Notes: a model not told the origin generated them from the letters alone. Positions 21,137-32,356 are shown, counted from the stretch's first letter. The stretch: DNA of 64,000 nucleotides from an uncultured Methanosarcinales archaeon (GCA_964593285.1 CAZQHZ010000004.1:1-64000); one strand, 5' to 3'. Translations and numbers: made by a program.

Positions 21137-21752
21137 CAGATATTTTATTTATAATTCCAAGTAATCCATTAAATGATTTATGGCTTAGTAAAAGGATTAT
21201 TTGTCCATCTACTGTTTTTGATTTTGAAAGTTTAAATTTCATATCAACCTTTATTAAAATTCCTTTTTTATAATTTTCACTAATATTAAAATAAACATAA
21301 TCATAAATTTGATTTCCAAAAGATGGGACAACTGTTGGTGTTGAATGTACTGAATTTATACCTAAGAATTTATTTAAAACACCCAATATTTTTCCAGAAA
21401 CAACATTTCCAAGTTCAGATAATACATTTTTTACATCATCATCTACTAATTTTGTTTTTTTTCTTTTTTTTTTTAAAGCATCATATAAAGTTAACGCTGA
21501 ATCTTTTGGAAAAGTAATTACTATATTTCCATCTAAATCTCCTTTTGTTAAAGTAGAATAAATACCAAGCATCAAAACAGGAGCTTTGTCATCATGAGAG
21601 TCTTTATCATCAACAGATACAATTGTTTTAGCGTTAATATTTAATTCAACTGGTTTTTTTAGTAAATTAGATAAAGCGATTGCAGAATGATATGAGCACA
21701 TATTTGTAAATTCCATTAATGCATCTTCTTGTATCTTTGAAATTTTAACCAA
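21126..21752 (-). CDS. CheC-like response-regulator phosphatase
   Basis: DALMEFTN (D-x3-E-x2-N) and SELGN-x22-P; GDLDGNIVITFP. Confidence 0.85.
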   Translation of the reverse strand: MVKISKIQEDALMEFTNMCSYHSAIALSNLLKKPVELNINAKTIVSVDDKDSHDDKAPVLMLGIYSTLTKGDLDGNIVITFPKDSALTLYDALKKKRKKTKLVDDDVKNVLSELGNVVSGKILGVLNKFLGINSVHSTPTVVPSFGNQIYDYVYFNISENYKKGILIKVDMKFKLSKSKTVDGQIILLLSHKSFNGLLGIINKISGGK

Positions 21753-21758
21753 TTTTTT

Positions 21759-22130
21759 TTATTCACCTAAATTTTCATTAACTAATTTTATTAGTTCTTC
21801 TTCATCAAATGGTTTTTTTATATACCCTACAGCGCCTAACTTATATGCTTCATCTATTGTGTATTGTTGAGCGATTGATGAAACAATAATACATTTAATT
21901 TTTAATTTTTCTTCATTGACAAATTTTAATACATCAAACCCTGATGAATTTGGCATATTTAAATCTAAAAGCACTAAATTTGGTTTTTCTGTTTTTAATA
22001 ATTTTTTTGCTTCATCTCCAGATGATGTTTTTATAATATTTTTAAATCCTGCATTATTTAAAACTCTTTTTATTAATATTCTCATAAATTCTGAATCATC
22101 GACAATTAAAATTTCTTTCTCATTTGTCAT
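21759..22130 (-). CDS. CheY-like single-domain response regulator
   Basis: ILIVDD, LVLLDLNMP (phosphoacceptor D), IIVSS, YIKKPF. Confidence 0.93.
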   Translation of the reverse strand: MTNEKEILIVDDSEFMRILIKRVLNNAGFKNIIKTSSGDEAKKLLKTEKPNLVLLDLNMPNSSGFDVLKFVNEEKLKIKCIIVSSIAQQYTIDEAYKLGAVGYIKKPFDEEELIKLVNENLGE

Positions 22131-22172
22131 TTTATATATATATAATAAATAATAGAATTATTTTCTTTTACA

Positions 22173-22186
22173 TTTATAAATTTTTC
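22173..22186 (-). promoter_or_regulatory. Candidate BRE-TATA promoter of the CheY/pilus operon
   Basis: GAAAAA-TTTATAAA on the minus strand about 43 nt upstream of the receiver ATG; AT-rich background lowers specificity. Confidence 0.4.
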
Positions 22187-22238
22187 TTTTTTAAAAATAG
22201 TTATATTTATAAATAACCTCTTTTTCTACATTAACATT

Positions 22239-22547
22239 ATGAAAATTCCAAAAATAATCAAAAGGTTTTGCATATATTGTAGAAAACATACAGAGCAAAA
22301 AGTTGCTCAATCAAAAAAAGGGCAGCCAAGAACGCTTAGTCGTGGCTCAAAATATAGAGCAAAAGATAGAGGTCTTGCTAGGGGTGTTGGTGGATTTGGT
22401 AGATATTCTAAACCTGCAATTAGTAAGTGGAAAATGACCGGTTCAAAATTAACAAAAAAGACAGATTTAAGATATGAATGCAATGTATGTCATAAAAAAA
22501 TGTCACAGTCTAGTGGAATTCGGGCAAAAAAAGTTGAATTTATTTAA
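22239..22547 (+). CDS. rpl44e: 50S ribosomal protein L44e
   Basis: MKIPK..FCIYCRKHT..KKTDLRYECNVC. Confidence 0.95.
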   Translation: MKIPKIIKRFCIYCRKHTEQKVAQSKKGQPRTLSRGSKYRAKDRGLARGVGGFGRYSKPAISKWKMTGSKLTKKTDLRYECNVCHKKMSQSSGIRAKKVEFI

Positions 22548-22651
22548 TTTCTTTTATATATTTTTACAAAATATTTTTAAAACTATTTATAGTTTTATTA
22601 GTAATTAAACCAAAAAAAATAAAAAGATAAAATTACTTTATATGATTTAAG

Positions 22652-23227
22652 ATGTGGAAAAAAATAGTTGATTCAAAAGAGCTTTTAATTTATGAAAAAA
22701 AGATTAAAAATATTGTTATCAAGATAGAAGCTAGACTTTCTGAAAATAATGAATGGGAAATTTTTAAAAAATATTGTGCTAGTGATGATTTAAATTATGT
22801 TGAAAATTTTTTAGCAAAAACTACAACTGAATTAGATTTTATAATAAAAAATTTAATGAAAAAGAATTTAGGTAAAAAAGAATTAAAAGAAATTAAATTA
22901 AAAGAATCAAAAATTCCAAAATTGTCACTTAAAAGAGATTTTAAAGAATATTGTATGGAAAAATGGTTATTTACAATAGATATTGAAAAAATTGAAAATT
23001 TATTGTTTTTAAAATATGATGAAATTGTTGAAGTTGATATAATATTAAATGAAATTTATAAACCAATTTCATCAAAAATAATTGATGAAATAAAAAATAC
23101 TTTTTCATTAAAAGATGAACAAAGTAATTTAAAAATAAATGTTTACTATTTTTCTTCAAGAGAAGTTCTTGAAAATCTTAATCAGCAAAATCCTTTAGTT
23201 GGAAAATTTGAAATTGGATTTGAATAG
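22652..23227 (+). CDS. Hypothetical protein
   Basis: 191-aa ORF with typical coding composition; no recognised motif. Confidence 0.7.
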   Translation: MWKKIVDSKELLIYEKKIKNIVIKIEARLSENNEWEIFKKYCASDDLNYVENFLAKTTTELDFIIKNLMKKNLGKKELKEIKLKESKIPKLSLKRDFKEYCMEKWLFTIDIEKIENLLFLKYDEIVEVDIILNEIYKPISSKIIDEIKNTFSLKDEQSNLKINVYYFSSREVLENLNQQNPLVGKFEIGFE

Positions 23228-23282
23228 TTAAATAATCTTTTTCAAAACATTTAATAAGGTTATATTTCTTTAATATAAAAAA

Positions 23283-24377
23283 ATGGCTAATAAAGAGAAA
23301 ATTAAAGATTTACAAGAAGAGTTATCTAATACTAAATATAATAAAAAAACACAACATCATATTGGCTTAATTAAAGCAAAAATTGCAAAATTAAAAGAAA
23401 AGGAAATTCAAAGAAGTTCAAAAAAGGGAGATACAACTGGTTTTAGTGTTAAAAAATCTGGTGATGCAACTGTTGTGTTACTTGGATTTCCATCTGTTGG
23501 AAAATCAACTTTATTAAATAAAATTACAAACGCAAATTCTGAAGTTGGTGATTATGAATTTACAACATTAGATATTATTCCTGGTTTATTTGAATATAAA
23601 AATTCTAAAGTTCAAATATTAGATGTTCCAGGAATTGTTGAAGGTGCTGCAACTGGACGAGGTCGTGGTCGAGAAGTTTTAGCAGTTCTTAGAAATGCTG
23701 ATTTAGTTTTAATCTTAGTAGATGTAAATCAGCCTTTGCAATATAAAGCAGTACTGCGAGAAGCGTATGATGCAGGTCTTAGATTAAATAAAACAAAACC
23801 TGACGTAAAAATTACAAAAACTCAAAAAGGTGGGCTAAATATTGGTTCGACTGTAAAATTAACAAAAATTAATAAATTAACAATTCAAGCAATATTAAAA
23901 GAATATAAAATTATGAATGCTGAAGTAGTTGTTCGAACAAATATTGATGAAGATGAATTTATAGATATAATTGAAGATAATAAAAAATATGTTCGAAGTG
24001 TTACTGTAGTTACTAAGGCTGATACAGTTTCAATTGAAGAATTAAAAAAAATTAAAGAAACAATTAAACCAAATTTAGTAGTATCAGCACATACTGGTTT
24101 GAATATAGATAAATTAAAAGATGCAATTTATGATTCATTGGATTTTATTAGAATATATTGTAAACAAGTTAATGAAAAACCAGATTTAGATGTACCGTTA
24201 ATTATGCAAAAGCCTGCAACAATTAAAGATATGTGTTTTAAGTTACATAAAGATTTTTATGATAAATTTAGATTTGCTAAAGTTTGGGGAAAATCTGCGA
24301 AATTTGATGGACAAATATTTCATAAGCCCAATCATACTTTAAAAGATAAAGATATAGTTGAGTTACATATAAAATAA
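23283..24377 (+). CDS. DRG/Rbg1-family Obg GTPase with TGS domain
   Basis: GFPSVGKSTLL, YEFTT, DVPGIVEGA, TKAD, WGKSAKFDGQ. Confidence 0.95.
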   Translation: MANKEKIKDLQEELSNTKYNKKTQHHIGLIKAKIAKLKEKEIQRSSKKGDTTGFSVKKSGDATVVLLGFPSVGKSTLLNKITNANSEVGDYEFTTLDIIPGLFEYKNSKVQILDVPGIVEGAATGRGRGREVLAVLRNADLVLILVDVNQPLQYKAVLREAYDAGLRLNKTKPDVKITKTQKGGLNIGSTVKLTKINKLTIQAILKEYKIMNAEVVVRTNIDEDEFIDIIEDNKKYVRSVTVVTKADTVSIEELKKIKETIKPNLVVSAHTGLNIDKLKDAIYDSLDFIRIYCKQVNEKPDLDVPLIMQKPATIKDMCFKLHKDFYDKFRFAKVWGKSAKFDGQIFHKPNHTLKDKDIVELHIK

Positions 24378-24395
24378 TAAATTATAGAATTTTAC

Positions 24396-25730
24396 TTATT
24401 TTTTATTAATACTTTGAAATGCAAGTAAATCAGTTGTTGTTAATTTTTTACCTTTCTTAATTTTTTGTTCAACTTCGCTATGCTTTTCTTTTAGTGTTTT
24501 TTTTTCTTGGATTAATTTGAATTTATGCTCTTTTTCTTTTTTCTTTTTAACATGTCCTTTGATAATATTTAAGCTAGAATAATGATCTTTTAATTTTGAA
24601 TTTAATAAATTAAATTCTTTTTTTAATTCTGAAAATTTTTTAAATGCTTCTTCTTCATTTTTTTTTAATTCATCAACTTCTTTTGATAATTCTATCATTT
24701 TTGTATGATATTTTTGTGATTGTGATGCATTTTTTTTAATAAAATTAGTATAATCAGATCTGTTTTTTTTAATTTCTTTTAATTCTTTATTGACATTTTT
24801 TATTTTTTCATTAATTTCATTTACAACTTTAAAATCTTTTAATTTAGATTTTAATTCATTAATTTGTTTCATTATTTTTTTTTCTTTATCAAATGATACA
24901 ACTTCAGTTTCGATTTGTTTTTCTAAATTTTTTATTTTGCTTGTAATTAAATCTGGATTTCCAGATAAATTGTGTTTTTTATAAATAGAATTTCGTTCAT
25001 CTTTAACTTCGTTTAATTTTTTTAAAATTTTTTCTATTTCTTTTTCTAGTGGTTCTTTTTGAATTTTTTTTTCTTTAACTAATTTAGTTAATTCATCTCT
25101 TTTAGTTTTAAACTCTTTAATTTCATTTATTTTGGTTTTTATTTCTTTACTATATTTTTCTTTTTCTTTAAACCAACTTTCTTTTTTAGTATTTAATTCA
25201 TCTAATTGTTTTTTTAATTCATCTATATTTTCTTTATTTTTTGTTAAATCTTCTTCAACTTTTTTCTCTTTAACTATATCTGTAGAATCTTTTTTATCAA
25301 TATTAGAATCATTTTTTTCTTCATTGCTAGAAGATTTTATAGGATTAGTATTTTTTTCATTTATAGATGAATCATTTTGTTTTTCTAATTCAACTTCTTT
25401 TGTATCATCATTTTTTTCAGATTTAATTTCATCTGTAGAATTTTTTTTATCAATATTAGAATCACTTTTTTCTTCATCGCTAGAAGATTTGTTAGGATTA
25501 ATATTTTTTTTGTTTATAGATGAATCATTTTGTTTTTCTAATTCAACTTCTTTTGTATCATCATTTTTTTCAGATTTAATTTCATCTGTAGAATTTTTTT
25601 TGTTAATATTAGAATCACTTTTTTCTTCATCGCTAGAAGATTGTATAGGATTAGTATTTTGTTTAGTTGTCGAATCTTCAGTTCGACATTCATTTTCATT
25701 TGTTTTTTTTTCAGTCATTAACATTAACAC
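24396..25730 (-). CDS. Archaeal coiled-coil protein (COG1340-like) with N-terminal tandem repeats
   Basis: KRDELT, IETEVVSFDKEKKIM, SQKYH, KKGKKLTTTDLL; true start is probably one of the downstream ATGs. Confidence 0.75.
   Translation of the reverse strand: MLMLMTEKKTNENECRTEDSTTKQNTNPIQSSSDEEKSDSNINKKNSTDEIKSEKNDDTKEVELEKQNDSSINKKNINPNKSSSDEEKSDSNIDKKNSTDEIKSEKNDDTKEVELEKQNDSSINEKNTNPIKSSSNEEKNDSNIDKKDSTDIVKEKKVEEDLTKNKENIDELKKQLDELNTKKESWFKEKEKYSKEIKTKINEIKEFKTKRDELTKLVKEKKIQKEPLEKEIEKILKKLNEVKDERNSIYKKHNLSGNPDLITSKIKNLEKQIETEVVSFDKEKKIMKQINELKSKLKDFKVVNEINEKIKNVNKELKEIKKNRSDYTNFIKKNASQSQKYHTKMIELSKEVDELKKNEEEAFKKFSELKKEFNLLNSKLKDHYSSLNIIKGHVKKKKEKEHKFKLIQEKKTLKEKHSEVEQKIKKGKKLTTTDLLAFQSINKK
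25280..25661 (-). repeat. 153-bp (51-aa) in-frame tandem repeat, about 2.5 copies
   Basis: CTAGAAGA at 25327, 25480 and 25633; near-identical SSSDEEKSDSNI..STDEIKSEKNDDTKEVELEKQNDSSIN. Confidence 0.92.
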
Positions 25731-25782
25731 CTATCTATTAAATTAAAATAAAAAAAGAAAAATGCCAAAAAAATGGCAAAAT

Positions 25783-26094
25783 TTAACCAAATAACGCTCC
25801 AAGTCCAGCAGCTGCTTCTTCATTAGATTTTTTTTCATCTTCTTTGCTTTCTTCCTTTTTGTCATCTTCTGGTTTTTTATCTTCAGTTGTAGCTTGGCTA
25901 CTAACAGGTGCAGCAGTAACTGCAGCTTGTTTTATAGCTTCTTCAATATCAACTCCATCGAGTGCAGCAACTAAAGCTTTAAGTCTTGAATCATCAACAG
26001 TTACACCAGCAGCTTCTAAAACTTTTTTAACAGCCGCCTCTTCTATTTTTTTATTTGCTTTATGTAAAAGCATTGCAGCATATACATATTCCAT
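25783..26094 (-). CDS. rpl12p: 50S ribosomal protein L12/P1 stalk
   Basis: [21 protein letters not shown]. Confidence 0.97.
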   Translation of the reverse strand: MEYVYAAMLLHKANKKIEEAAVKKVLEAAGVTVDDSRLKALVAALDGVDIEEAIKQAAVTAAPVSSQATTEDKKPEDDKKEESKEDEKKSNEEAAAGLGALFG

Positions 26095-26171
26095 TTTTAC
26101 CCTCCTTGAAACCTTTAAAAAATCGGTTTTGTTTATTACTTTTATTAATTTTTTTTGAAAAAATTTAAAAT

Positions 26172-27029
26172 TTAACTAATTATATTTTTAAGCACATTCA
26201 TTTCTCTTTCAGCTTTTGAAATTAAAATATTTGTTGTTTCATCTGTTAAAATTTCTGAATTTACTGCTAAATTAATAGCTTCTTTTTGTGCCTTCAAAAT
26301 AAGCATTTCTTTTACTTCACTTGCAGGATATACTGAATAAACAGCTAAATTTATAGCTTCCATTGCAAGTTTTTTAATATTGTCTATATATTCTTGTTCA
26401 TCAATTGCTAAAACATCTTTCTTTAAAATAATTTCATTTTCATATATTGCAAGTACATTAAGACCCATTTCCATAGGTTCAATTCCAAGCCTTGTTAAAA
26501 TTTCAGCTAATTTTGGTGTTATTTCATCACCTTCTTTTGCAACAACTGTATCACTTTTAATTGCAACTTTACCATTTTCAATACCTGTTTTAATTTTAAA
26601 TGCACCAAGTTCACCAATTATTGGACCTGGTGAAAAAGTTGTTGGTCCTGCTGGAACAACTATATCTTTTGGTGCAATTTGTCCAGCTTTTGCCGGCATA
26701 CTACTTTTATTTTTTTCAAGAGTTTTATATAATGAAAATGGATTTTTTTTAGTAAATAATAATGCTGGCATTCCAATTAAATTTTCATTTAATTGTTCAA
26801 TACCTTTTTTTTCATTTTTAATTTCATTAATTGCAATTTTAATTAAGTTAATTTTATTCATCTTAATTACTGCAGTATCCCTTAGAGTTTCTCGCATATT
26901 TTGCATTTGTTTTGCTGGAACTGATTCTAAATTTACAATTCCTACAATAGGATATTCCTTTAAAAGTTTAATTAACTCTGTAACTCTATCTTTTTTCCAG
27001 TTTGCAATTTTAGGTTTTATTTCGTTCAT
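26172..27029 (-). CDS. rplP0: 50S ribosomal protein L10/P0
   Basis: [33 protein letters not shown]. Confidence 0.96.
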   Translation of the reverse strand: MNEIKPKIANWKKDRVTELIKLLKEYPIVGIVNLESVPAKQMQNMRETLRDTAVIKMNKINLIKIAINEIKNEKKGIEQLNENLIGMPALLFTKKNPFSLYKTLEKNKSSMPAKAGQIAPKDIVVPAGPTTFSPGPIIGELGAFKIKTGIENGKVAIKSDTVVAKEGDEITPKLAEILTRLGIEPMEMGLNVLAIYENEIILKKDVLAIDEQEYIDNIKKLAMEAINLAVYSVYPASEVKEMLILKAQKEAINLAVNSEILTDETTNILISKAEREMNVLKNIIS

Positions 27030-27685
27030 TTTAAAATCTCTATTGGTTTACTCATTGTTAATTTTAAATACATCCTTGATATATTATTTTCATGATTTAT
27101 TAAATGTGAAATTAATTGTTTTACAACATCCAATGCATTTATTGCAATTTCTTCATCTTTTAAATCTTCATTTCCAACAGTAGTTTGTATCATTAAATTA
27201 TTTTTTGTTATTATTCTTGCAGTTTTTTGAAGATTAGAATATAATTGGTCAAGATTTGAACCTTTTGGTGGTATAACGCAACCTGCTTTAGGATTTGGCA
27301 TTTTTCCCCTAGATCCAAGTATCTTACCAAAATGTTTTGCAACTTGTGGCATAATATTTGCTTGTGCAACAAAATAATCATAATTTTCAGCTAATTTTTT
27401 TGCACTTTTTTTATCTGTATATTTTTCAAATTCTTCAGGTAATAATACCAAATCAAAAACTTTTTTTGCACTTTCATATAACTGCATATCAACAAATGCA
27501 GCAATTTTTAATTTTTTACCTTTACTATGATGAAGTACTGTATAGAAATCAACTTTTTGTTCTGGTTTTTTTAAATCCAGATTTTTTAAAGTTATTATTA
27601 AATCATAATTTTGAATAAAATTTCTTTTTTTTGAATTTTTTTTTAACTCAGTTATAGCAGTTAAAATGTTTTTTTTATCTATCAT
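27026..27685 (-). CDS. rpl1: 50S ribosomal protein L1
   Basis: KKRNFIQNYDL, GKILGSRGKMP, YLKLTMS. Confidence 0.96.
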   Translation of the reverse strand: MIDKKNILTAITELKKNSKKRNFIQNYDLIITLKNLDLKKPEQKVDFYTVLHHSKGKKLKIAAFVDMQLYESAKKVFDLVLLPEEFEKYTDKKSAKKLAENYDYFVAQANIMPQVAKHFGKILGSRGKMPNPKAGCVIPPKGSNLDQLYSNLQKTARIITKNNLMIQTTVGNEDLKDEEIAINALDVVKQLISHLINHENNISRMYLKLTMSKPIEILK

Positions 27686-27695
27686 TTAATCCTCC

Positions 27696-27730
27696 ACCCT
27701 CCTATTAAATATTAAAATAGTTAACGGGAT
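27696..27730 (-). promoter_or_regulatory. Candidate L1-binding autoregulatory RNA element
   Basis: Minus strand CCC-GUUAA-CUAUU-loop-AAUAG-GA-GGG directly before the GGAGG SD of rpl1. Confidence 0.55.
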
Positions 27731-27809
27731 AATTATTATAAATTTAAATTAATAGGTTATATATAAAGTTTATTATTTTAAATAAAATAAAGTATTGTTA
27801 ATGAAATTG

Positions 27810-28121
27810 TTAAACATCAATCATTTCAATTTCAATGTTTAGTCCTTCAGGAATTGGAACTCTCATTACTAATCTTAATGCTCTTTCATCAATTCCAAGA
27901 TCAATTAAACGTTTGTGTACTCTCATTTCAAACCTATCCCAAGAAGCTTTACCTTCACCATCTGGACTTTTTCGTGTAGTTATTTTTAACTTTTTGGTAG
28001 GTAGTGGTATAGGTCCTCTGATCTCTACACCAGTTTTATCTGCGATATCTTTGATATAATTGCACACTTGATTAATTTTATCAATTTCAGTACATGCTAT
28101 TTTTATTCTTGCTTTCTGCAT
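27810..28121 (-). CDS. rps10: 30S ribosomal protein S10
   Basis: [26 protein letters not shown]. Confidence 0.97.
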   Translation of the reverse strand: MQKARIKIACTEIDKINQVCNYIKDIADKTGVEIRGPIPLPTKKLKITTRKSPDGEGKASWDRFEMRVHKRLIDLGIDERALRLVMRVPIPEGLNIEIEMIDV

Positions 28122-28192
28122 TTTTCTTCTCCAATAGGTTTAATTACATGATAAATTAAATTTACCATGATAAAAATTAAAATAAAAAAAAA

Positions 28193-29476
28193 TTAATTTT
28201 TCTTAACTAAATCAATACACATACCAGCTGCAACAGTTGCTCCAGAATCTCTGATAGCAAATCTTGATAATTGTGGTATTTCCTTTTGTTTTTCTATAAC
28301 TAAAGGTTGTATTGGTTTTAATTTAACAATTGCTGCATCTCCATTTTTAATAAAATCTGGATTTTCTTGCAATACTTCTCCTGTTGCAGGGTTTAATTTT
28401 TTCTCAATTGCAACAACTTGGCATGCAACCTGTGCTGTATGTATGTGAAATACAGGTGTATATCCAACTGTTATAACGGATGGATGATTTAATACAACAA
28501 TTTGTGCAGTAAATTCTGTAGCAAGTGATGGTATGTTTGAAGAATGACCTAAAACATCACCTCTTGCAATATCTTTTTTACCAAAGCCTCTAACACTAAA
28601 TCCAATATTGTCTCCAGGTTCTGCTTCTTTTACCATTTCATGGTGCATTTCAATTGTTTTAACTTCTCCTGAAATTCCTTTACCGTCTCTACCTGGAACT
28701 GCAGTTATTTTATCACCAACTTTCATAACACCAGTTTCAACTCTTCCAACTGGAACGACACCAATTCCTGTAATGTTATATACATCTTGGATTGGAACTC
28801 TTAATGGTAAGTTAGTTGGTTTTTCTGGAACAGTTAATGAATCTAATGCTTCAAGTAATGTTTCTCCAGTATACCATGGCATATTTTCTGATTTTTTAAC
28901 AACATTATCTCCAACTAATGATGCAATTGGTATGAATTTAATATCATCTGGTTTATAACCAACAGTTTTTAATAATGCAGAAACATCTTCTTTTACTTTT
29001 TTATATTTTGCTTCATCATATTTTACTATATCCATCTTATTAACTGCAATAATTATTTGTCCAACACCAAGTGTTCTAGATAAGAAAATATGTTCTTTTG
29101 TTTGCGCCATAACGCTATCATTACCAGCAACTACAACAACAGCAGCATCTGCTTGTGAAGCACCTGTAATCATATTTTTAATAAAATCCTTGTGCCCTGG
29201 TGCATCAATAATTGTAAAGTTGTACTTATCAGTATCAAACTTTTTATGAGCTAAATCTATTGTAACTCCTCTTTCTCTTTCTTCTTTTAAGTTGTCCATA
29301 ACAAACGCGAACTCAAATCCGCCCTTACCTAACTCTTGTGCTTTTTCTTTTAATTTTCTCATTGCTTGTTCTGGAATATTACCTGAATCAAACATTAATC
29401 TTCCAACTGAGGTAGATTTACCGTGATCAACGTGACCTACAAAAACAAGGTTCATATGTGGTTTTTCTCTTGCCAT
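28193..29476 (-). CDS. tuf: Elongation factor 1-alpha
   Basis: [27 protein letters not shown]. Confidence 0.98.
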   Translation of the reverse strand: MAREKPHMNLVFVGHVDHGKSTSVGRLMFDSGNIPEQAMRKLKEKAQELGKGGFEFAFVMDNLKEERERGVTIDLAHKKFDTDKYNFTIIDAPGHKDFIKNMITGASQADAAVVVVAGNDSVMAQTKEHIFLSRTLGVGQIIIAVNKMDIVKYDEAKYKKVKEDVSALLKTVGYKPDDIKFIPIASLVGDNVVKKSENMPWYTGETLLEALDSLTVPEKPTNLPLRVPIQDVYNITGIGVVPVGRVETGVMKVGDKITAVPGRDGKGISGEVKTIEMHHEMVKEAEPGDNIGFSVRGFGKKDIARGDVLGHSSNIPSLATEFTAQIVVLNHPSVITVGYTPVFHIHTAQVACQVVAIEKKLNPATGEVLQENPDFIKNGDAAIVKLKPIQPLVIEKQKEIPQLSRFAIRDSGATVAAGMCIDLVKKN

Positions 29477-29643
29477 TTTTATTAATCCTCCATAATTTTT
29501 TAATTTTTATCCTTTTATTTATTTAACATGCAATAAATTATTTAAATGCAATTGTATTGGAAAAATCATTCATTTATAAAATTAACGATTTATATAAATT
29601 ATTAAAATAATATATATAAATATTAATTAAATAAATTTTGAAA

Positions 29644-31830
29644 TTATTCGTTTTTACTTCCAAGCATTGCATCACTTAATCCTTTTCTTTGTTTAATTTG
29701 CTCGATTACTTTTTGTTGAAGTTCATCTGGCATTTTTTCAAAAGACTGATCTACTAATGAAGAGCTACCTCTACCACCTGTTGCAGATCTTAAATCATTT
29801 GATAAACCAAACATGTCACCAACAGGCATTTTAGCTTTTACAACAATTCTTGTGGATTCTTGTTCCATTTCTAGTAGTTGTCCTCGTTTATTTGAAATTA
29901 ATTTTGAAATTTCACCCATATATTCTTCTGGTGCTTCAAAAAGTAATGTTTGTATTGGTTCATACATTATAGGACCAGCATCCATTACAGCTGCACGAAT
30001 ACCATCTCTTACAGCAGGATATACCTGAGCAGGTCCCCTATGGATTGCATCTTCATGTAATTTTGCATCCATTAGCATAACTTTCATTTTAAATCCAGGT
30101 TCTTTTGCTAAAGGTCCTGCATTCATTACATCTTCAAACATATCAAGAACCATTTCTATAATTTCTCCAAGATGTACTAATCCTCGTGTCATATCTAAAA
30201 ATACATTACCATTATAAATTTGTTTAACTCTTGGACTAATTTTTGAATCCCATCCTAAATTATTTAAAATATCTCTAACTTCAATTTGTTGTTCTTTTTT
30301 CTTTATTCGTCCTTCTGGAAGTTCATTATTTCTAATAGCTTCAATAACTTCTTTTTCAAGCGGTTCCACTTTAAAAAACAATTGGTTATGTTTGTTTGGA
30401 GATTTACCCATCTGTGTTTCGGAAGGTTTTGTTACAGTTTCTCTGTAAACAACAATTGGTGGAGATGTTTTAATGTCAATATTTTTTTCAGTTGTAATTC
30501 TATTTTCTATAACTTCTAAGTGAAGTTCACCCATACCATGCATTAAATGCTCTCCTGTTTCTTCATTTAATTCAATTTTAATTGATGGATCTTCTTTTTG
30601 AATAACTCTCATTATTTCAATCAATCTTGGTAAGTCGCTTGGTTTTTTAGCTTCCACTGCTTTTGTTACAACTGGTTCAAATATGTGTGATATTTTTTCA
30701 AAAGGTTCAGCTGGTTTTAATGTAATGGTTTCACCAGGAATTGCTTTTAATCCTGCAACTCCAACAATATTACCTGCACTAGCATAATTAACAATTTCTC
30801 GCTTAGCACCATTGTAAACAAAAACTTGCTGAACTCTCATATCCATATTTGCAATATTTAAATGTGCTGTTGTTCCTTTTTTAATTGTACCAGAAAATAT
30901 TCTACCTGTTGCAATTTCACCAGCTTGTGGATCTACAATTATTTTTGTAATAACTAAAAATAAAGGGCCTTTTGGATTACATTCAAGTAATGATTTACCA
31001 TCTTCACTTTCAACTTCACCTTTCCATATTTTTGGAATTCTATATTTTTGAGCATCTTTTGGATTTGGTAAGTGTTTAATTACTGCATTTAATACAACTT
31101 CATGTAATGGTGCTTTTTTTTTTAATTCTTTCCAACTATCATCGCTTCCTTGGTATGCTTCAATAACATCTTTAAATGAAAGATTTTTTTTCTGCATATA
31201 ATCAACGCTCATTGCCCAGTTGTGAAATGCACTTCCAAAGCAAACACTACCATCCATAACATTTACTTCCCATGGTGTTTGTCCTTTAGGTGTTATTTCT
31301 TTAATAAGTTTATTTACATGAGCGATTATTTTTACAAATCGCTCTTGCATTTTTTCTGGTGTTAATTGTAATTCTTTTATCAGTCTATCTACTTTATTAA
31401 TAAATAGAATAGGTTTAACATTTTCTTTTAATGATTGCCTTAAAACTGTTTCAGTTTGAGGCATTACTCCCTCTGATGCACAAACTAAAACAATACTTCC
31501 ATCAACAGCTCTCATAGCTCTAGTTACATCACCACCAAAATCAACGTGACCTGGTGTATCTATTAAATTAATTAAATAATCTTTTTCATCAAATGTATGT
31601 ACCATTGAAACTGCTGCAGAATCAATAGTAATTCCTCTATCTTGTTCATCTTTATGAAAATCTAATACTCTTGCACTTCCAGCTAAATCTTCAGACATCA
31701 TACCTGCACCTGCAAGTAAATTATCTGAAAAGGTAGTTTTTCCATGATCTATGTGAGCACAGATTGCTATATTACGAATTTGAACATAATTTTCCATTAA
31801 ATTAAATACTTTATCAACCATTTTTGCCAT
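29644..31830 (-). CDS. fusA: Elongation factor 2
   Basis: AHIDHGKTT, DTPGHVDF, diphthamide loop HEDAIHRGPAQ; start moved to ATG 31830 after a GGTGA SD. Confidence 0.97.
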   Translation of the reverse strand: MAKMVDKVFNLMENYVQIRNIAICAHIDHGKTTFSDNLLAGAGMMSEDLAGSARVLDFHKDEQDRGITIDSAAVSMVHTFDEKDYLINLIDTPGHVDFGGDVTRAMRAVDGSIVLVCASEGVMPQTETVLRQSLKENVKPILFINKVDRLIKELQLTPEKMQERFVKIIAHVNKLIKEITPKGQTPWEVNVMDGSVCFGSAFHNWAMSVDYMQKKNLSFKDVIEAYQGSDDSWKELKKKAPLHEVVLNAVIKHLPNPKDAQKYRIPKIWKGEVESEDGKSLLECNPKGPLFLVITKIIVDPQAGEIATGRIFSGTIKKGTTAHLNIANMDMRVQQVFVYNGAKREIVNYASAGNIVGVAGLKAIPGETITLKPAEPFEKISHIFEPVVTKAVEAKKPSDLPRLIEIMRVIQKEDPSIKIELNEETGEHLMHGMGELHLEVIENRITTEKNIDIKTSPPIVVYRETVTKPSETQMGKSPNKHNQLFFKVEPLEKEVIEAIRNNELPEGRIKKKEQQIEVRDILNNLGWDSKISPRVKQIYNGNVFLDMTRGLVHLGEIIEMVLDMFEDVMNAGPLAKEPGFKMKVMLMDAKLHEDAIHRGPAQVYPAVRDGIRAAVMDAGPIMYEPIQTLLFEAPEEYMGEISKLISNKRGQLLEMEQESTRIVVKAKMPVGDMFGLSNDLRSATGGRGSSSLVDQSFEKMPDELQQKVIEQIKQRKGLSDAMLGSKNE

Positions 31831-31864
31831 TTTTTTATCACCTTTAAAATTAAAAAATAAATTA

Positions 31865-32356
31865 TTAAAATGTATGCATTTCATGAACTGTTTTATAGCT
31901 ATGCAATTCTTTATCAGTAAACCATAATGCGATTTCTTCATCAGCTTCGGTGGTATTTCCTGATGCATGTATTAGATTTTTTACAGCAATGTTTTTACTA
32001 TCCGCATATGAATAACTAACATGTGCATAATCTCCTCTAATAGTTCCTGGAAGTGCAGATTTTGGTTCAGTTCCACCAACCATTTTTCGAACTAAATCGA
32101 CAGCATCAATGCCTTCAATTGCCATAGCAACAACAGGGCCTTCTGTAATCATAGTTTCAAGACCTATGTAAAATTTTTTATCAATATGTGCTTTATAGTG
32201 TTTTTTTGAAAATTCACTATCAACCCATACCATTTTCATTCCTACTATTTTTAATCCTGCTTTTTCAAACCTTGATATAATTTCACCTATTAATCCTCGC
32301 TGCACTCCATCTGGTTTAATTAAAACAAGTGTTGTATCAATGTGTTGTGTACTCAT
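31865..32356 (-). CDS. ndk: Nucleoside diphosphate kinase
   Basis: TLVLIKPDGVQRGL, PGTIRGD, NLIHASGN; start set at ATG 32356 overlapping the rpl24e stop. Confidence 0.95.
   Translation of the reverse strand: MSTQHIDTTLVLIKPDGVQRGLIGEIISRFEKAGLKIVGMKMVWVDSEFSKKHYKAHIDKKFYIGLETMITEGPVVAMAIEGIDAVDLVRKMVGGTEPKSALPGTIRGDYAHVSYSYADSKNIAVKNLIHASGNTTEADEEIALWFTDKELHSYKTVHEMHTF

Noticed and set aside
31831..31968. N-terminal extension of EF-2 in the ORF track
   Set aside because: Overlaps ndk; ATG 31830 has a proper SD
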